Notes under the pieces: generated by a model | What the model was told of the DNA's origin: nothing | Database searches by the model: none | Seen by the model: only the letters and a program-made list of their open reading frames with translations | Shown: piece after piece, positions 36,986 through 49,010 of the stretch | Layout of the letters: every line of letters begins with the position of its first letter | How positions within the stretch are numbered: the first letter of the stretch is position 1 | DNA from: Callorhinchus milii | Lineage: Eukaryota | Assembly: GCF_018977255.1 (NCBI RefSeq) | Contig: NW_024704743.1 | Location: forward strand, 96,536,001-96,600,000 | Reading direction: 5' to 3' | Length of the DNA stretch: 64,000 nucleotides | Program-made: the position numbers and the translations under genes

Positions 36986-38730
36986 GCAGGCTGTGTGAGA
37001 GGTATTATCTGAACCAGTCAAGGACAGCGCCGTGGAGGTTGAGGTGAGAGGAGAGGCGGTGGATGAGGATAGAGTGGTCGACAGTGTCGAAGGCAGCAGA
37101 GAGGTCAAGGAAGACGAGGAGGCAGAGGGAGCCCTGGTCGCAGATGGACAGAATGTCATTTGTCACTTTGACAGGGGTTTCTTCTGTGTTGTGGGCGGCA
37201 CGGAAGCCCAATTGGAGGGGTTCGAGAAGGGAGTTGCGGGAGAGGAAGGAGCGAAGCTGAGAAGCAACAACTTGCTCCAGGACCTTGGAGAGGATGGGGA
37301 GGTTGGAGATGAGGCAGTAGATAGGCAGTAGAGAAGAATCCAGGGAGGCCTTTTAAGGATGGGAGTGACAACAGCGCCTTTAAAGGGTGGGTACAGGGAG
37401 AGGGACAAGGAGAGGTTAACAATGTCAGTGAGTAGAGAGGCAAGGAGATGGAGTTGGGAAGTAAAGAGGGGGTAGGGATGGGGTCGAGGGAGCAGGTGGT
37501 GGGTTTCATACGGGTTATGGTGACCATCTCATGGAGCTGGTACAGAACATCAGTGTCTTAGAAGCATAGTAATCTTTGGCCCATCAAGTCCACAATGGCT
37601 CACATTTTAAACCTGACATCCGTGCTTTGACCCACTCAGTTTTCTCCTCACTTCTGAAATATTGCCTACTTTGGCCATTATCTCTTTGCCCGGGTTGCCG
37701 AGACCCTCATCCATGTGTTTATCACGTCCATGCTTGACGACACCAACACTTTGTTAGGTGTCGTCAAGCTCTTCCCAATACAAGCGGCAGACTACCCAGA
37801 ACCCTACACATATCCTTTCCCACATCAAGCTCTGCGGACCTATCACACCCTATCCTGACCCTACTAAGAGCTGAGACCTACCCAGTGGGCACCAGCTGTC
37901 TTATGTCCTCCACAAACGGTAGTCAGGCTATCTGCCCCTACTCTCTGAAACGTCCTTCCAACTTGCTTTACATTGATGTTATACTTTGTTCTGTTTCCTT
38001 AGCTCACAAAACAAAGTTTGAAGTCTATAAACTCATATTATGATATATGTACTCCTTAGGGTGGTACAGAAGATTAACGCATGAATAAGCTGTGTGTCAG
38101 AGAATGGTAAGATGTGGGTTTGCCCTGCGGTTTCCAGGATGGTAATTGTTTGATCTTTGTTGTGAACAGGGATCAAGCAGAGGTGTGGCTCTCTCTATAC
38201 AGAGAGGAGGAAAATAGGAGGGAAAGGCAAACCAGAGTCATTTTGTCTCACCTAGCAACAGGTTTGAGTAACATTGACAGATCTCTAGGAGCAGGTGAAT
38301 AGTGTGTGGTTGCTGCAGGTAGTCTTGAAAACTAGGGCCAGAAAGAATTGAGACAGAGATAAACATAGACAGGTCATTTAGACATAACTTCTATGGTTAT
38401 TACAGGTGGAGTTGATCTTGGTTTCCTCAGGCATTATTGGAATGGGCAGGATTACTGTTTATAAACACAGAATTTGTGCAGCTTTAGGAGTGGAAAAATT
38501 GCTTTTTGAAAGTCAGTAAAAATAATTGCTTGTTTATGAAGTCCAGGCTCTGTGTGGCTTCCAGCAATTAGTTAAACCATTTATATTTAATTAATAATAA
38601 TAATCCTTACATTCGATTTAGCGCCTTATCACGTCGTTGAGGCATCTCAAAGTGCTTCACAGGATATACTGTAAAGTGGAGTGATAGCGTATTTTGTGGG
38701 AAAAACGTGGCAGCCAATTTGCACACAACA
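36986..38730 (+). repeat. Segment X, copy 2 (includes part of the L2 RT fragment)
   Basis: Matches 19935-21682; the differences are mostly 1-nt indels in the first ~900 nt after the gap. Confidence 0.97.
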
Positions 38731-38880
38731 ATGTCCCACAAATAGTCATGGAGTGAGTGACTAAATTTATTTGGGGGATTCTTGGCCAGGACACCGGGAG
38801 AAACTCCCTTTTTTCAAATAGTACCATAGGATCCTTAATGTCAACCTGAATAGGCAGGCGGGACCTCGGTTTAATGTCAT
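38592..38880 (-). mobile_element. SINE family B, 5'-truncated, spanning the X'|Q junction without interruption
   Basis: The tail runs continuously into the core GGCCAGGACACCGGGAGAAACTCCC...CCTCGGTTTAATGTC. Confidence 0.8.
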
Positions 38881-39448
38881 TTAATTATTGTAGCTTGAAA
38901 GAACTGAAAATGTGATATACAGCAACAAATTCCCAGTAATGTGAAGTTAGTGCAAAAAAGTATGAACATTTTCTTCTGTCCCCTTTATATTGGACCACTG
39001 GTTGAGGATGAGCAATGGTCAAATGAAAGTGCTGACACTGGTGTCACTTAAATTGCAGCCCCAGACTTTGTATTAAACCACTCCAGTGATTTCTGGGAAT
39101 CTATTCCCGGCATGCAAAAGGATATAACTCCATTGCATCAAAATACACAATGGTGTTCTACATCTATAAACGTCAGCATAAATGTGCAGTGAAGACATCA
39201 GGCATGAATGAACCTCTTGGACTGTAGCAATGGCTGGGAGCTATCAAGTGATTTTGCTCCTGCCCTTTGTTCATGTTCCACTACCACTATTCTATGGGTA
39301 AGAAAACAATGGAGATCCTAGCATAGCTGCCTGGAGCATATCACTAACAAACCCAACCAGTCCAAAAAACAACCATTTACCACTGGTCTTTGCCTTCTGT
39401 CTTTAATGATCCATTTTTTAATGCTCCAGTTTTCCCAACCAATTTAGA

Positions 39449-39870
39449 ATAATAATAATCCTTACATTTGATTCAGCATCTTTCACATCAGGAGGATGTC
39501 ACAAAGTTCCTCACAGGATTTACTGTGAAGTGTCCGTGTATTTGTGAGCGAATGCAGTAGCTCAATTTTGTACAGAGATGTCCCACAAACAGCCATGAAG
39601 TGAATGAACAATTTTATTTGGGGGATTGTTACCTAGGACACCAGAAAAAGCTCTCCTCACTTTTTGAATAATGCTATGGGATCTGTTATGCCCACCTGAA
39701 CAGGCAGACAGAACTTCGGCTCGATACTTCCTCTGAAGGCTGAGACCTCCGACAATGCAGCACATCACCAGCACTGTAATGGAATGGAGAGTCATCTTAG
39801 ACCATGTGAGTGCAAGTTCTGATGTTACGTTTGAACCCACAACCTTCTGGTTCAGAGGTGAGATTGCTAC
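39449..39870 (-). mobile_element. SINE family B, near full length
   Basis: Tail, core and TTGAACCCACAACCTTCTG head are all present. Confidence 0.8.
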
Positions 39871-40159
39871 TACACGGTCTTGTTTTATCCCATTGAAATT
39901 TACTTTGATTTAGTCTAACACCTTCAGCTTTCACCCTTCATTTCTTCTTTATTCTCACCTTAAACTTAATCAAGTTATACAGTAGTCACTATTTCCAAAT
40001 TTTCTACACTTACCTCACCAATGTGCTCACGTTTATTATAACAGAAACAGATCTAGCATTGCAACCTTACCTGTTGGTGTTCTGATACATTCATTAAGGA
40101 AACAAGTCTCAGATACAATTTAAGAATGCTTCCACATTTGACTACAGGTGTTTGCGTTA

Positions 40160-41044
40160 TTCCAGTCGGGTTTCTGGGCTGTCCACAGCATAGAAACAGA
40201 CCAGGTAAAAGTGACAAATGACATTTTGTCCATCAGTGACCAGGGTTCCATCGGTCTCCTCGTCCTCCCTGACCTCCTTGCTGCCTTTGATACCTTTGAC
40301 CACTCTATCTTCCTCCATTGCCTCTCCTCTCACCTCAACCTTCATGATTCTGTCTTTGAGTGGTTCAGATCCTATCTCTCACAAACCGTTTCTCTCCAGT
40401 CCCACCATGGTCTTATGAGCTGTTCCTCGGGGCTCTGTCCTTGTCCTCTCCTCTTCAACTTGTACATTCTCTCTCTTGGTGATGCCTGACAAACCCTCAT
40501 GCATGCGTTTATCACATCTAGCCTCAACTATGCCAACTCCATGTTTATTGGCCCTCCCAACTCTTCTCTTCACGAGCTGCAGATCATCCAGAACTCTGCA
40601 GCTTCTGTCCTCTCCCCCACTAGGCTCTGTGATCCTATCACCTCCACCCTTGCCTGACTCCACTGGCTTAAATCCCCCAGAGAATAGATTTCAAAATCCT
40701 CGTCCTGGCCTTCAAGGCCCTCCATCGCCTTGCTCCTTCCTACCTTTGTTACCTGCTAACTCCATATCCGCTCCTTCCACTCAGCAGGCACTGGCCTGCT
40801 CCACATCCCCCATCCGGCCTGTCCCACCATCGGCGGTCGGGCCTTCAGCTTCTCTGCCCCAACTGTTTGGAATTCCATCCCACATTCCCATTGCCTCACT
40901 CCCTTCCTGCTTCCTTCAAAGGTCATCTCAAGACCCTCCTCTTCATCCGTGCCTTTGGCCACCCTCCTACCCTCTACTTTCCCTGATCCCAACCCCCCTG
41001 CTCTGGTCCAAATCCCTGACTGTCCAGTGCCCTGGGACACCTCC
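40160..41044 (+). mobile_element. L2 LINE fragment with RT remnant, cut off inside its 3' stem-loop at the Q|Y' junction
   Basis: FQSGFWAVHSIETDQVKVTNDIL...DLLAAFDTFDH remnant. Ends GCCCTGGGACACCTCC without the usual GACGTGAAAGGCGC...(TTG)n. Confidence 0.88.
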
Positions 41045-42969
41045 AATCATGCAATTATGACCATTAACTCATTTGCACACTGCAGTGCCCACAAACTAAA
41101 CTTGGCAATGCAGAAAGAGTATTTCTAGATCAGAAGCAGTTTTGATGAGGCACGTGCCTTTTATGGACCATTATAAAATTATACATGCATATACTGCAAG
41201 TGGAAACTGAAATGACTGGCGGATTCAGATATAGGTCCCAGTGCGAAATGCTGTGGATCTTGATTCTCCCTTTCCCTACCTTCTTCCCCTCCAAACCATC
41301 CCCAAACTGAGGCCCTATAGATAACTTCCTAACTGGAATACATCAAAGTTCTCTGCAATGAATGAGGTTTAATCTGTAGAGTGTGAAATGGCTAGCAATG
41401 TGTAATTTATAAAAGATCTAGTTTTGTTTAGGGTTACTTGCAGTCATAATCTGGTCTGTTACCAAATAGCCAAGGTACACATTGTAGAATAGCAATGATT
41501 TAGTCTTAAAGAGCTAGTGTGCTAATGTTCATAGTCCTAAATTGTGTAAACACAGAAACTGCATTCATTATCGACTTCTTATGGTTTTCAAGAGCATGAG
41601 TTAGATATGTACTTGGAACAAACAACTTTGTATGGAATACCCCTGCTGTTATAAATATCTGTTACAATGAAAGTGCTGCTCACAGATTTCTCCCCAGGTT
41701 CAGATCCACAATGTTGCGTTAAGTGTATAATTATCTATCATAGCATTTAGAATTAGTAGCAAATCCAAGAGAATCTACCTCACTTTAATATTTGGATAAG
41801 AGAAAAGATATTGAATATATTTCAAAGCAAAATTAAGTTGTAAGAATTGAACTACAACAATATAGAAGATGAAAATAAACCAATTTAAGAGTATATTAGC
41901 TGATGGGTGAGGCTGGGAATAAACAAAAACAATAGAGCCAAAATAAATAGGCTACCAATTGCTCTTCTGTCCTGCAACACATTTTGCAGACTGAGTAAAA
42001 ATTACCTCAGTTTGCCTTGAATCATTGAACAAATATTGTAAAATATTACAGCACAGAAATGAATGAATTTCTATATTTCACAAGAAAGAGACTGAATGAC
42101 ATTGAAAATAAAAATCTTTAACCTGACCAACTAATAGCTGCAAAATTGGAATAAGTGTTTGCAAAGAGGTGGAATTAAGATAAAATCAATTATGCCAGGC
42201 TCTGAGCCAAACACTGTACTGCAAATAGGACAAAATTTTAGTAACAGCAACTGCATGTAACCACATCTAAATATACCTGTCTGATAAGCATTTGAGAGCA
42301 GAACACTGTTCAGCATGTTCCAAACACTCCTAATCTTGCACTTTGGGAATTTGAAAGTCTTTGTTCAATTGAAGAATTTAATGGGATGTCTGGGCCATCT
42401 GAGTGACAGGTCTGTGATTGTTTCACAGAATGTTTGGCACAGAAGGAGGTTATTCTGCCCTTTGCCAGTAATCAATTTAACCAATCATTGGATCTATCTA
42501 CCTCAATGCCATTTCCTCATTGTCTTTAATATTTATCCTCAAGTAAATACCATTCGCCTTTGAAGTGCTGCTATTGATTTTCAACAGCTGTTTATAGTTA
42601 CTGAGTTACCAATCAATAGAATTTTTTATTTAAGCTGTTAAAAAAATTCAAAACTTTCATATGCCATCACATCCCTTGTGCTAGCAAAAAATGACAGTAA
42701 TTTTTCAAATCTCTCTATATAACTCCAACCTCATCTTTAATATTACTCTCGTGAATCTCTGCTGTAACTTCTTTCTGGAGTTAATGTAAAACTGAATGCT
42801 TCAACTGCAATTCAACTAACGTAGGAATTTAACATCATCTCCTTGTTCTTATATTCAACAACACCAACTTGCATTAATATAGTCCGCCTCACGCAGGGTA
42901 GCATCCCAGAGCGATACTCAATATATATGTCCCTATATATAAAACCTTGCTTTAGTTTCATATGCTAAT

Positions 42970-43300
42970 AATAATAATAATAATAATAATCCTTGCATTT
43001 GATATAGCGCTTTTCACGTCGGGAGGACGTCCCAAAGCGCTTCACAGAACACACTGTGAAGTGAACTGACTGTATATTCGTGGGCGAACGCGGCAGCCAA
43101 TTGCGCACAGCAATGTCCCACAAACAGTCGTAGATTGAAAATGACCAATTTATTATTGTTTTGGGGTTTTTGGAGGGATTATTATTAGGCTCTGTGTGGA
43201 GTAAGGAAACTTGCCCGAGGTTTCGCCCTCTGCCTGGAATTGAACTCAGGTCTCTCACTCGTAAAGCGAGTGCTCTAACCACTGAGCTACAGGACTCCAC
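42970..43300 (-). mobile_element. Young full-length SINE family A (short form), present only in Y copy 2
   Basis: Intact head, CpG-rich body and long (ATT)n tail. The empty site ATATGCTAAT|GTACAGTGAA is at 32460/32461. Confidence 0.95.
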
Positions 43301-45529
43301 AGTGAGAGCGAGTGGGTGAGAAAGAGAGGACGAGAGCGTGAGAGATGGTGTGCGTGTGTGTGTGTGTACGTGACAGGCTGCGTGTGAGAAATAGAGTGTG
43401 TGTGAGAGTGTGAGCGTGTGTGTGAGAGTGTGAGCGTACAGTGAATGCATTCCCATCAGAGCTTGACCAGTAAGGGGGAAACTAGATTTGTACATGATTT
43501 GTAAATATTGTATCCAGACAGTAACAGAAATTCTGTTTTGATGTGTTCCATTTCCAGACTCATTGGAGCAGAGTTCCCATGGATCGTTCAGGTACATCCA
43601 GTTATTGTCGGATTTGAATTTTTACAAATCTGTATAAATTGAGGCCTAGTTTTAGGCCCCAATATAGAGTTTAAAAACCTGCAGTTGCGATTAAATTCCT
43701 GAAGTTTTCAGCATGTATTTTAGATTTTCCCTACAAATACACAGTTGTTCCACTTCACAGTAAATCCCCTAAAGAGCTTTGGGATGTCGGCCTGATGCGA
43801 AAGGCACGATACCAAATGCAAGTATTATTTGTGCAGTGTAGAGGACAGGCTTCAATTTTAAAAAGGTCATTGCTGGAGGAATGGGATGTTGTTATACTTT
43901 TAAGATGGAAAAGAATTCTAGCCAGATAATAATAATACTAATCCTTGCATTTGGTATAGCACCTTTTCATGACTTTAAGACGCCTCAAAGCGCTTCACAG
44001 AATATACTGTCAAGTAAATTTAGGATGAAGGTGTGTCACTGATGTTTGGACAATCTTGGTTCTCAATTAGCACAAGCTATCCAGAAATTGGTGTAGCCCA
44101 AAAACTAGGATGGCGTCTGTGCAAAATGGCACTGGAGTTAGCATGTGGGTGGCTCCCTAAGGTCTGAGGTATTAAAGGGATAATTACAATAGCAATATCA
44201 TTGTTGTCCAGCTGACAAGCTCCAAAAGTTATATTATTGAGCAGAGTAATCGTCTATGCTACAATCCAACCTGGACATGCTGACCTCATACAAAGAGTTA
44301 TTTTCAGCATTAGCGTCTCGCTGACTGAACACACACCTCCAAATGAAAAGCTGCTTTATATTTTAATTCTATCCCATGAGGTGACTTTTTAAGGTGACTA
44401 TCATGCAATCACATGATATGTTGGAGTACATTGGCACATAGGCAGGTCACATGTTGTGTTCAGTACTGAAGTGACCTACTGGCCTGTCAGATACAATTAG
44501 AATTCTTAATATTGTGCCTTGTGCTGTTACCAAAGTTGAAAGCAATAGTCAAGGAAAAGGTATAAATATATTTTAAAAGAAACACTTAAAATAGCAAAGA
44601 AGAATTCAAACTAATCCTGACGTAAAGGAATAAAAAGCTTTTTCAACTATGCTTTCAGTTAGAGTAACTCATTTTCTACTGAAGACTTCCCAAAGAATAA
44701 GAAGCTAATTGACCCATTTGCTTGATATGTAAAGCTCACTGCTGCTATCTACAAAATCAAACATGAAACTGAGGTCCCATCTACCATTTCAGGTTAGATG
44801 TTGTATTCAATGGCTCTACGGAAAAGAGAAGGGAGCTTCTCTCAGTGTTCTGGTCTATAAAATTGGTATTCAGATTATGGCCATTTTTATAATAATAATC
44901 CTTGCATTTTGATAGAGCATTTTACCATGACATCTTAAACACTTTGCAGAATATATTGTAAATTGGATTGACCATATCTTGTGGGAGAAAAGCATCAGCC
45001 AACAGCAGTCGTGGATTGAGTGATCAAATTTTTTTTAACAAGGGCATTGCAGAAAATTTGTGAAGTATTTTGAAATGTTACAGGCACTATATCAATGCAA
45101 TAATCAGTTTTACAATCGTAATGAATGAATTTTCTTTGAATTGCAACCCCACCTCCGGACACTGACTACTATAGGTGTGTTTAGCACAATCGCTTCTGAG
45201 TCAGGCAGATTGTGGGCTCCAATCACATATTGGAATTTTTGGATCATTGTCTGGGCCAGTGGTGCTCAGCAGTCAAGAAATGCTCCCACCCCCAGTCTAG
45301 GTAAGTCTGTGTTCGATCATAAGTATGTCTTGAGTTTTGTCTTGATTAAATATTTTTTGATTTAAGGCGTAAATCAAGAAATAATAAATCAAGAAACTGT
45401 ATTTTGTTGGCTGACCTTAAAGGTCTAGGCTGACCCTCTCAATACATTTTATCAGTTGCTACCCCTCGATAGTGGCCAGGTCTGTTGCGTCCAGTAACAG
45501 GATAATAACATGTTGCATCTTCTTTTCTG

Positions 45530-46080
45530 TAACAACAAGATTGCATTTATAGAGCGCCTTTCACGTCGGGAGGACGTCCCAAGGCGCTGGACAGTTGGGT
45601 CGGTACCCGAGCAAGGGGGAAGTGGTCAGGGTGAGGAGAGCGAAGGGAGGGAGCGAGGAGGTGGTAGAGAGTCGAGAGGGGAGCTGAAGGCATGGTTGAA
45701 GAGAAAGGTCTTGAGACCGGCCTTGAAGGAGGTAAGGGAGGAAGCAGCGAAGGCACTGGGGGATAGAGTTCCAGAGCCTAGGGGCTGAGAGACTGAAGGC
45801 CCAGCCACCGATGGTAGGGCGGTTAGGGCGGGGGATGTGGAGCAGACCGGAGCCAGAGGAACGGAAGGTACGGGCAGGTAAGTAGGGGGATAGTAGGTCA
45901 GAGAGGTAGGAGGGAGCAAGGCCGTGAATGGCCTTGTAGGTGAGGATGAGGACCTTAAATTCGATCCTCTGGGAGATGGGGAGCCAGTGGAGGCGAGTGA
46001 GGGTGGGAGTGATGTGGTCGCGAAGCCCGGTGCGGGACAGTACACGAGCTGCAGAATTCTGAATGACCTGCAGCTTGTGT
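45530..46080 (-). mobile_element. L2 LINE 3' end (counterpart of 34560-35105)
   Basis: Direct comparison. Confidence 0.9.
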
Positions 46081-48599
46081 AGAGAGGTAACGGATTTGAT
46101 ACTGTCTGAGATAAGCCTAAATATATATAAGCAAATAAAAAAAACTACTCCCCCTCCCAGCTACATGCCAATGGGTAAATGGTCTGTTATTGCAAAGTTT
46201 GTTTGGCAACACGTAGGGTTGTCTATGTAGTATGGTAGAATCAGATTGATTTGGGTTTCAACAAGTCGTAAGTGTATTAGTAGGTTTAGTGATGTGTAAC
46301 CTGGCTACAGTGGAAATTGTCTTCAGACTACTACTGACAAAATAAGTATTTATTGGACTCCAGTTGCTTTCTTCAGGAATGTGCAGAGTGGGGCCTAAGG
46401 AGCCGCATTCTGAGTGCTAGTACTATTGAGTTTAATTCCAAAATAGCATGTAGCCTGTTTTACTGATTAAGCAATTTTCCCTTGGCTGAGTAAACCACAG
46501 CCTGTTTGTTCCCCTTCTGTCTGGTTTGTCATTTAAACTTCTTAATTTAAACCAGATCTGTTCTGAGTTGTGCTGTGAGAATTTGCAGGGATCTTCATTT
46601 TATTCACAAATCAGTTGGCTACATGACCTTATTTGGGGAAGGTGGAACCCAAATGAAGCAGATTACTTCCTCTTTTCCTAGCCCATTTCTCCTCTTCAGA
46701 TTGTCCTACTTAATACACTCAATTGAGAATGAGATGTGTTCAGAACCTCTCTTCACCAATACTGTACTACTCTGTTAGAAGACAGGAAGGTAGGGGTTAG
46801 GAGGTTGCAGAGATGGGGGGTGTGGGGGAGCAAGACTATGGACGGCTTTGAAGGTGAGGACCAGGATCTTGAACTGTATCCTCTGTGTGATGGGAAGTCA
46901 GTGGAGTTATGCGAGGATGGGGGTGATAAGGTCACGGAGCCTGGTGCGGGAGAGGACATGGGCTGCAGAGTTCCGGATGATCTGCAGCCTATGGAGGGAG
47001 AAGTTGGGGAGGCCGACAAGCAAGGAATTTGCATAGTCAAGCCTCGATGTAATAAATCATTGGATTCCCAATGATTTTCATGTGAAGTTAGACAAGTGCA
47101 GTGGCACTTGTGCAATGAAACTTGTTTTCACAGGTTTGTGCCTGCTATTTCCCCAAACAGCAAGAGCCTGCCATTCCACTGGGTCACCGCTGAGAGCAAA
47201 ACTAAATGTTTCAAAACAGTTTGGTTACAACATCCTGTGCAGATCTCTGAGCTGGAATTGCAACAGCAGTAATATTCAGCTTGAGAATAGTTCTATTTGA
47301 GATTCAAAAGATATTTGACATATCTTGAAAACAAGTCAAAATAAGTGATTCTAGATTTCTATCTTCTATCTACATAGAAGGCAATAATTTTACATTTTAG
47401 AGGAACGCTAGTTGCCCAAACTGGAAATTGTTCCATTTTCCAGCATACAGTAGATACTTGATGAACATAATGTATCCAAACTAACACTTAGCATAAACTA
47501 AATTGACACCAGTTTGGGATAGTGTTCTTAATAAAGGATTTATAGAGAAGTCCAGTGCATGGGAATGTATTTTTTTTAAACTTTGTTAATAAGTGCTTGA
47601 GTAATATTATGGGAAGAGGAAGTAGAGGCAGAGGCTGAATTGTGGTTGGATTTCTTCACTTGTTCCTAAGTGCTTATAACTGTTAATAAAATGTGGGAAA
47701 ACGTAAAATCATGATAATATTTGCACAAGAAAACAACTAGGACAAGAGGAAGGTATTAAATACTAATAATAATCCTTGCATTTGAATGGTGCCTTTCATG
47801 GTGGGTGGATATCTTCACTGAAAAGTGTAGTGACTGTGTACCTTGTAGTCAAATGCGGCAGTTAATATATATGATGGCAGCTTCACCCTGAAATCTGCCT
47901 GTAGGAACCAGAATTATTTTTATGTACTCATCGGGTTTTCACATTACAACTGTATTAAAAGTTTTACAGACTAAAGTAAATATATTCCCAACTGTAAAGG
48001 CTAGAGAACAAAAATAACTGAGACTTAACATTTATTTTTGGCCGCAGTTATGTTCCGTTGATTACCAGTTGTGTGCACCTGCCAGTAAGTGAAAGCAACG
48101 GATTACAACCGAGCTTCCGCCTCAATTTCCTCTTCCTGAAGCATTGCATTGCACTAGGACCACTGTAAGGTAATCAGAGAGAATGGTAAACACACAAAAT
48201 AGTTAAAGGATGAACGCCAGCTCTTACTAAATTAGCAAAAGCATAAAACCTATTGACTGCTGTTCAAGCAAGTAAAATGTAAAGGCATTGAGGAATGACC
48301 CTGGGAAAGAAATGTGAAAGTAGCCCTTGTGGTTCTATCTTATAGATTTTAGGGTTTGAACAGCAACATATTGCCACTGATCCCTTAAGGAGAAAAGCAG
48401 CTTAAACCTTCCACTACTTCCTAAACTGAGCTGTGCCCAAGTCCTAGAACTCCACTGAAGGTCTGCTGGACTGGTACTGTGCTGAAGCACTCTGATTTAG
48501 TTGGTACATTCATTATGAAGAATTAGCGTTTCAAGTTGGTTAGACGTTGCCTTTCTTGGTTGTGGTATTTATTGAGTTTCCACTTATTGAGGTCTGGAT

Positions 48600-49010
48600 G
48601 AAGAAGATTCTTGGCCCATCCAATGTCAACCTTCCAGAACACCCATCCTACTGTCCTTCATCACTACAGAACGCTGCTTTGTAAATGGGTCCAGTGTCTT
48701 AGTCTCTACCACCTTTCCTGGCAACCTGTTCCAATCGTTGATTACCCTCTGTGTAAAGGAAAACTTCCTGGTATCTGTCCTGAAATTGCCCTTTATAACT
48801 CTAAACCTATGTCCTCTTATTCTACTGTCATGCTACATCATAAAGTATTGATCTGGATTTACTTTTTCAATCCCATTTTAAATTTTGTACACTTCCATGA
48901 GTTCTCCGCTGAGTCATCTTCTCTCAAGACTGAAGAGTCCTAGCTCTAATCACTGCTTGTAGCTGATTCCTCAAACACTGGGGATTATGCTCAATGCAAT
49001 CTTCTGAACA
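48600..49010 (-). mobile_element. Degenerate CR1-like LINE 3' part
   Basis: CCTGTTCCAATCGTTGATTACCCTCTGTGTAAAG and CTTCTCTCAAGACTGAAGAGTCC resemble the CR1 ORF2 C-terminus. Confidence 0.6.

Larger units (their letters stand above)
41045..47931 (+). repeat. Segment Y, copy 2 (carries a 466-bp insertion absent from copy 1)
   Basis: Direct comparison with 30530-36958. Confidence 0.97.

Noticed and set aside
37140..37870. Differences between X and X' as evidence of real divergence
   Set aside because: They are mainly 1-nt indels concentrated near the contig end, as expected from low-coverage read errors.
42965..43597. 210-aa minus-strand ORF
   Set aside because: Chance read-through of flank, low-complexity filler and SINE, ending in poly-Tyr from (ATT)n.
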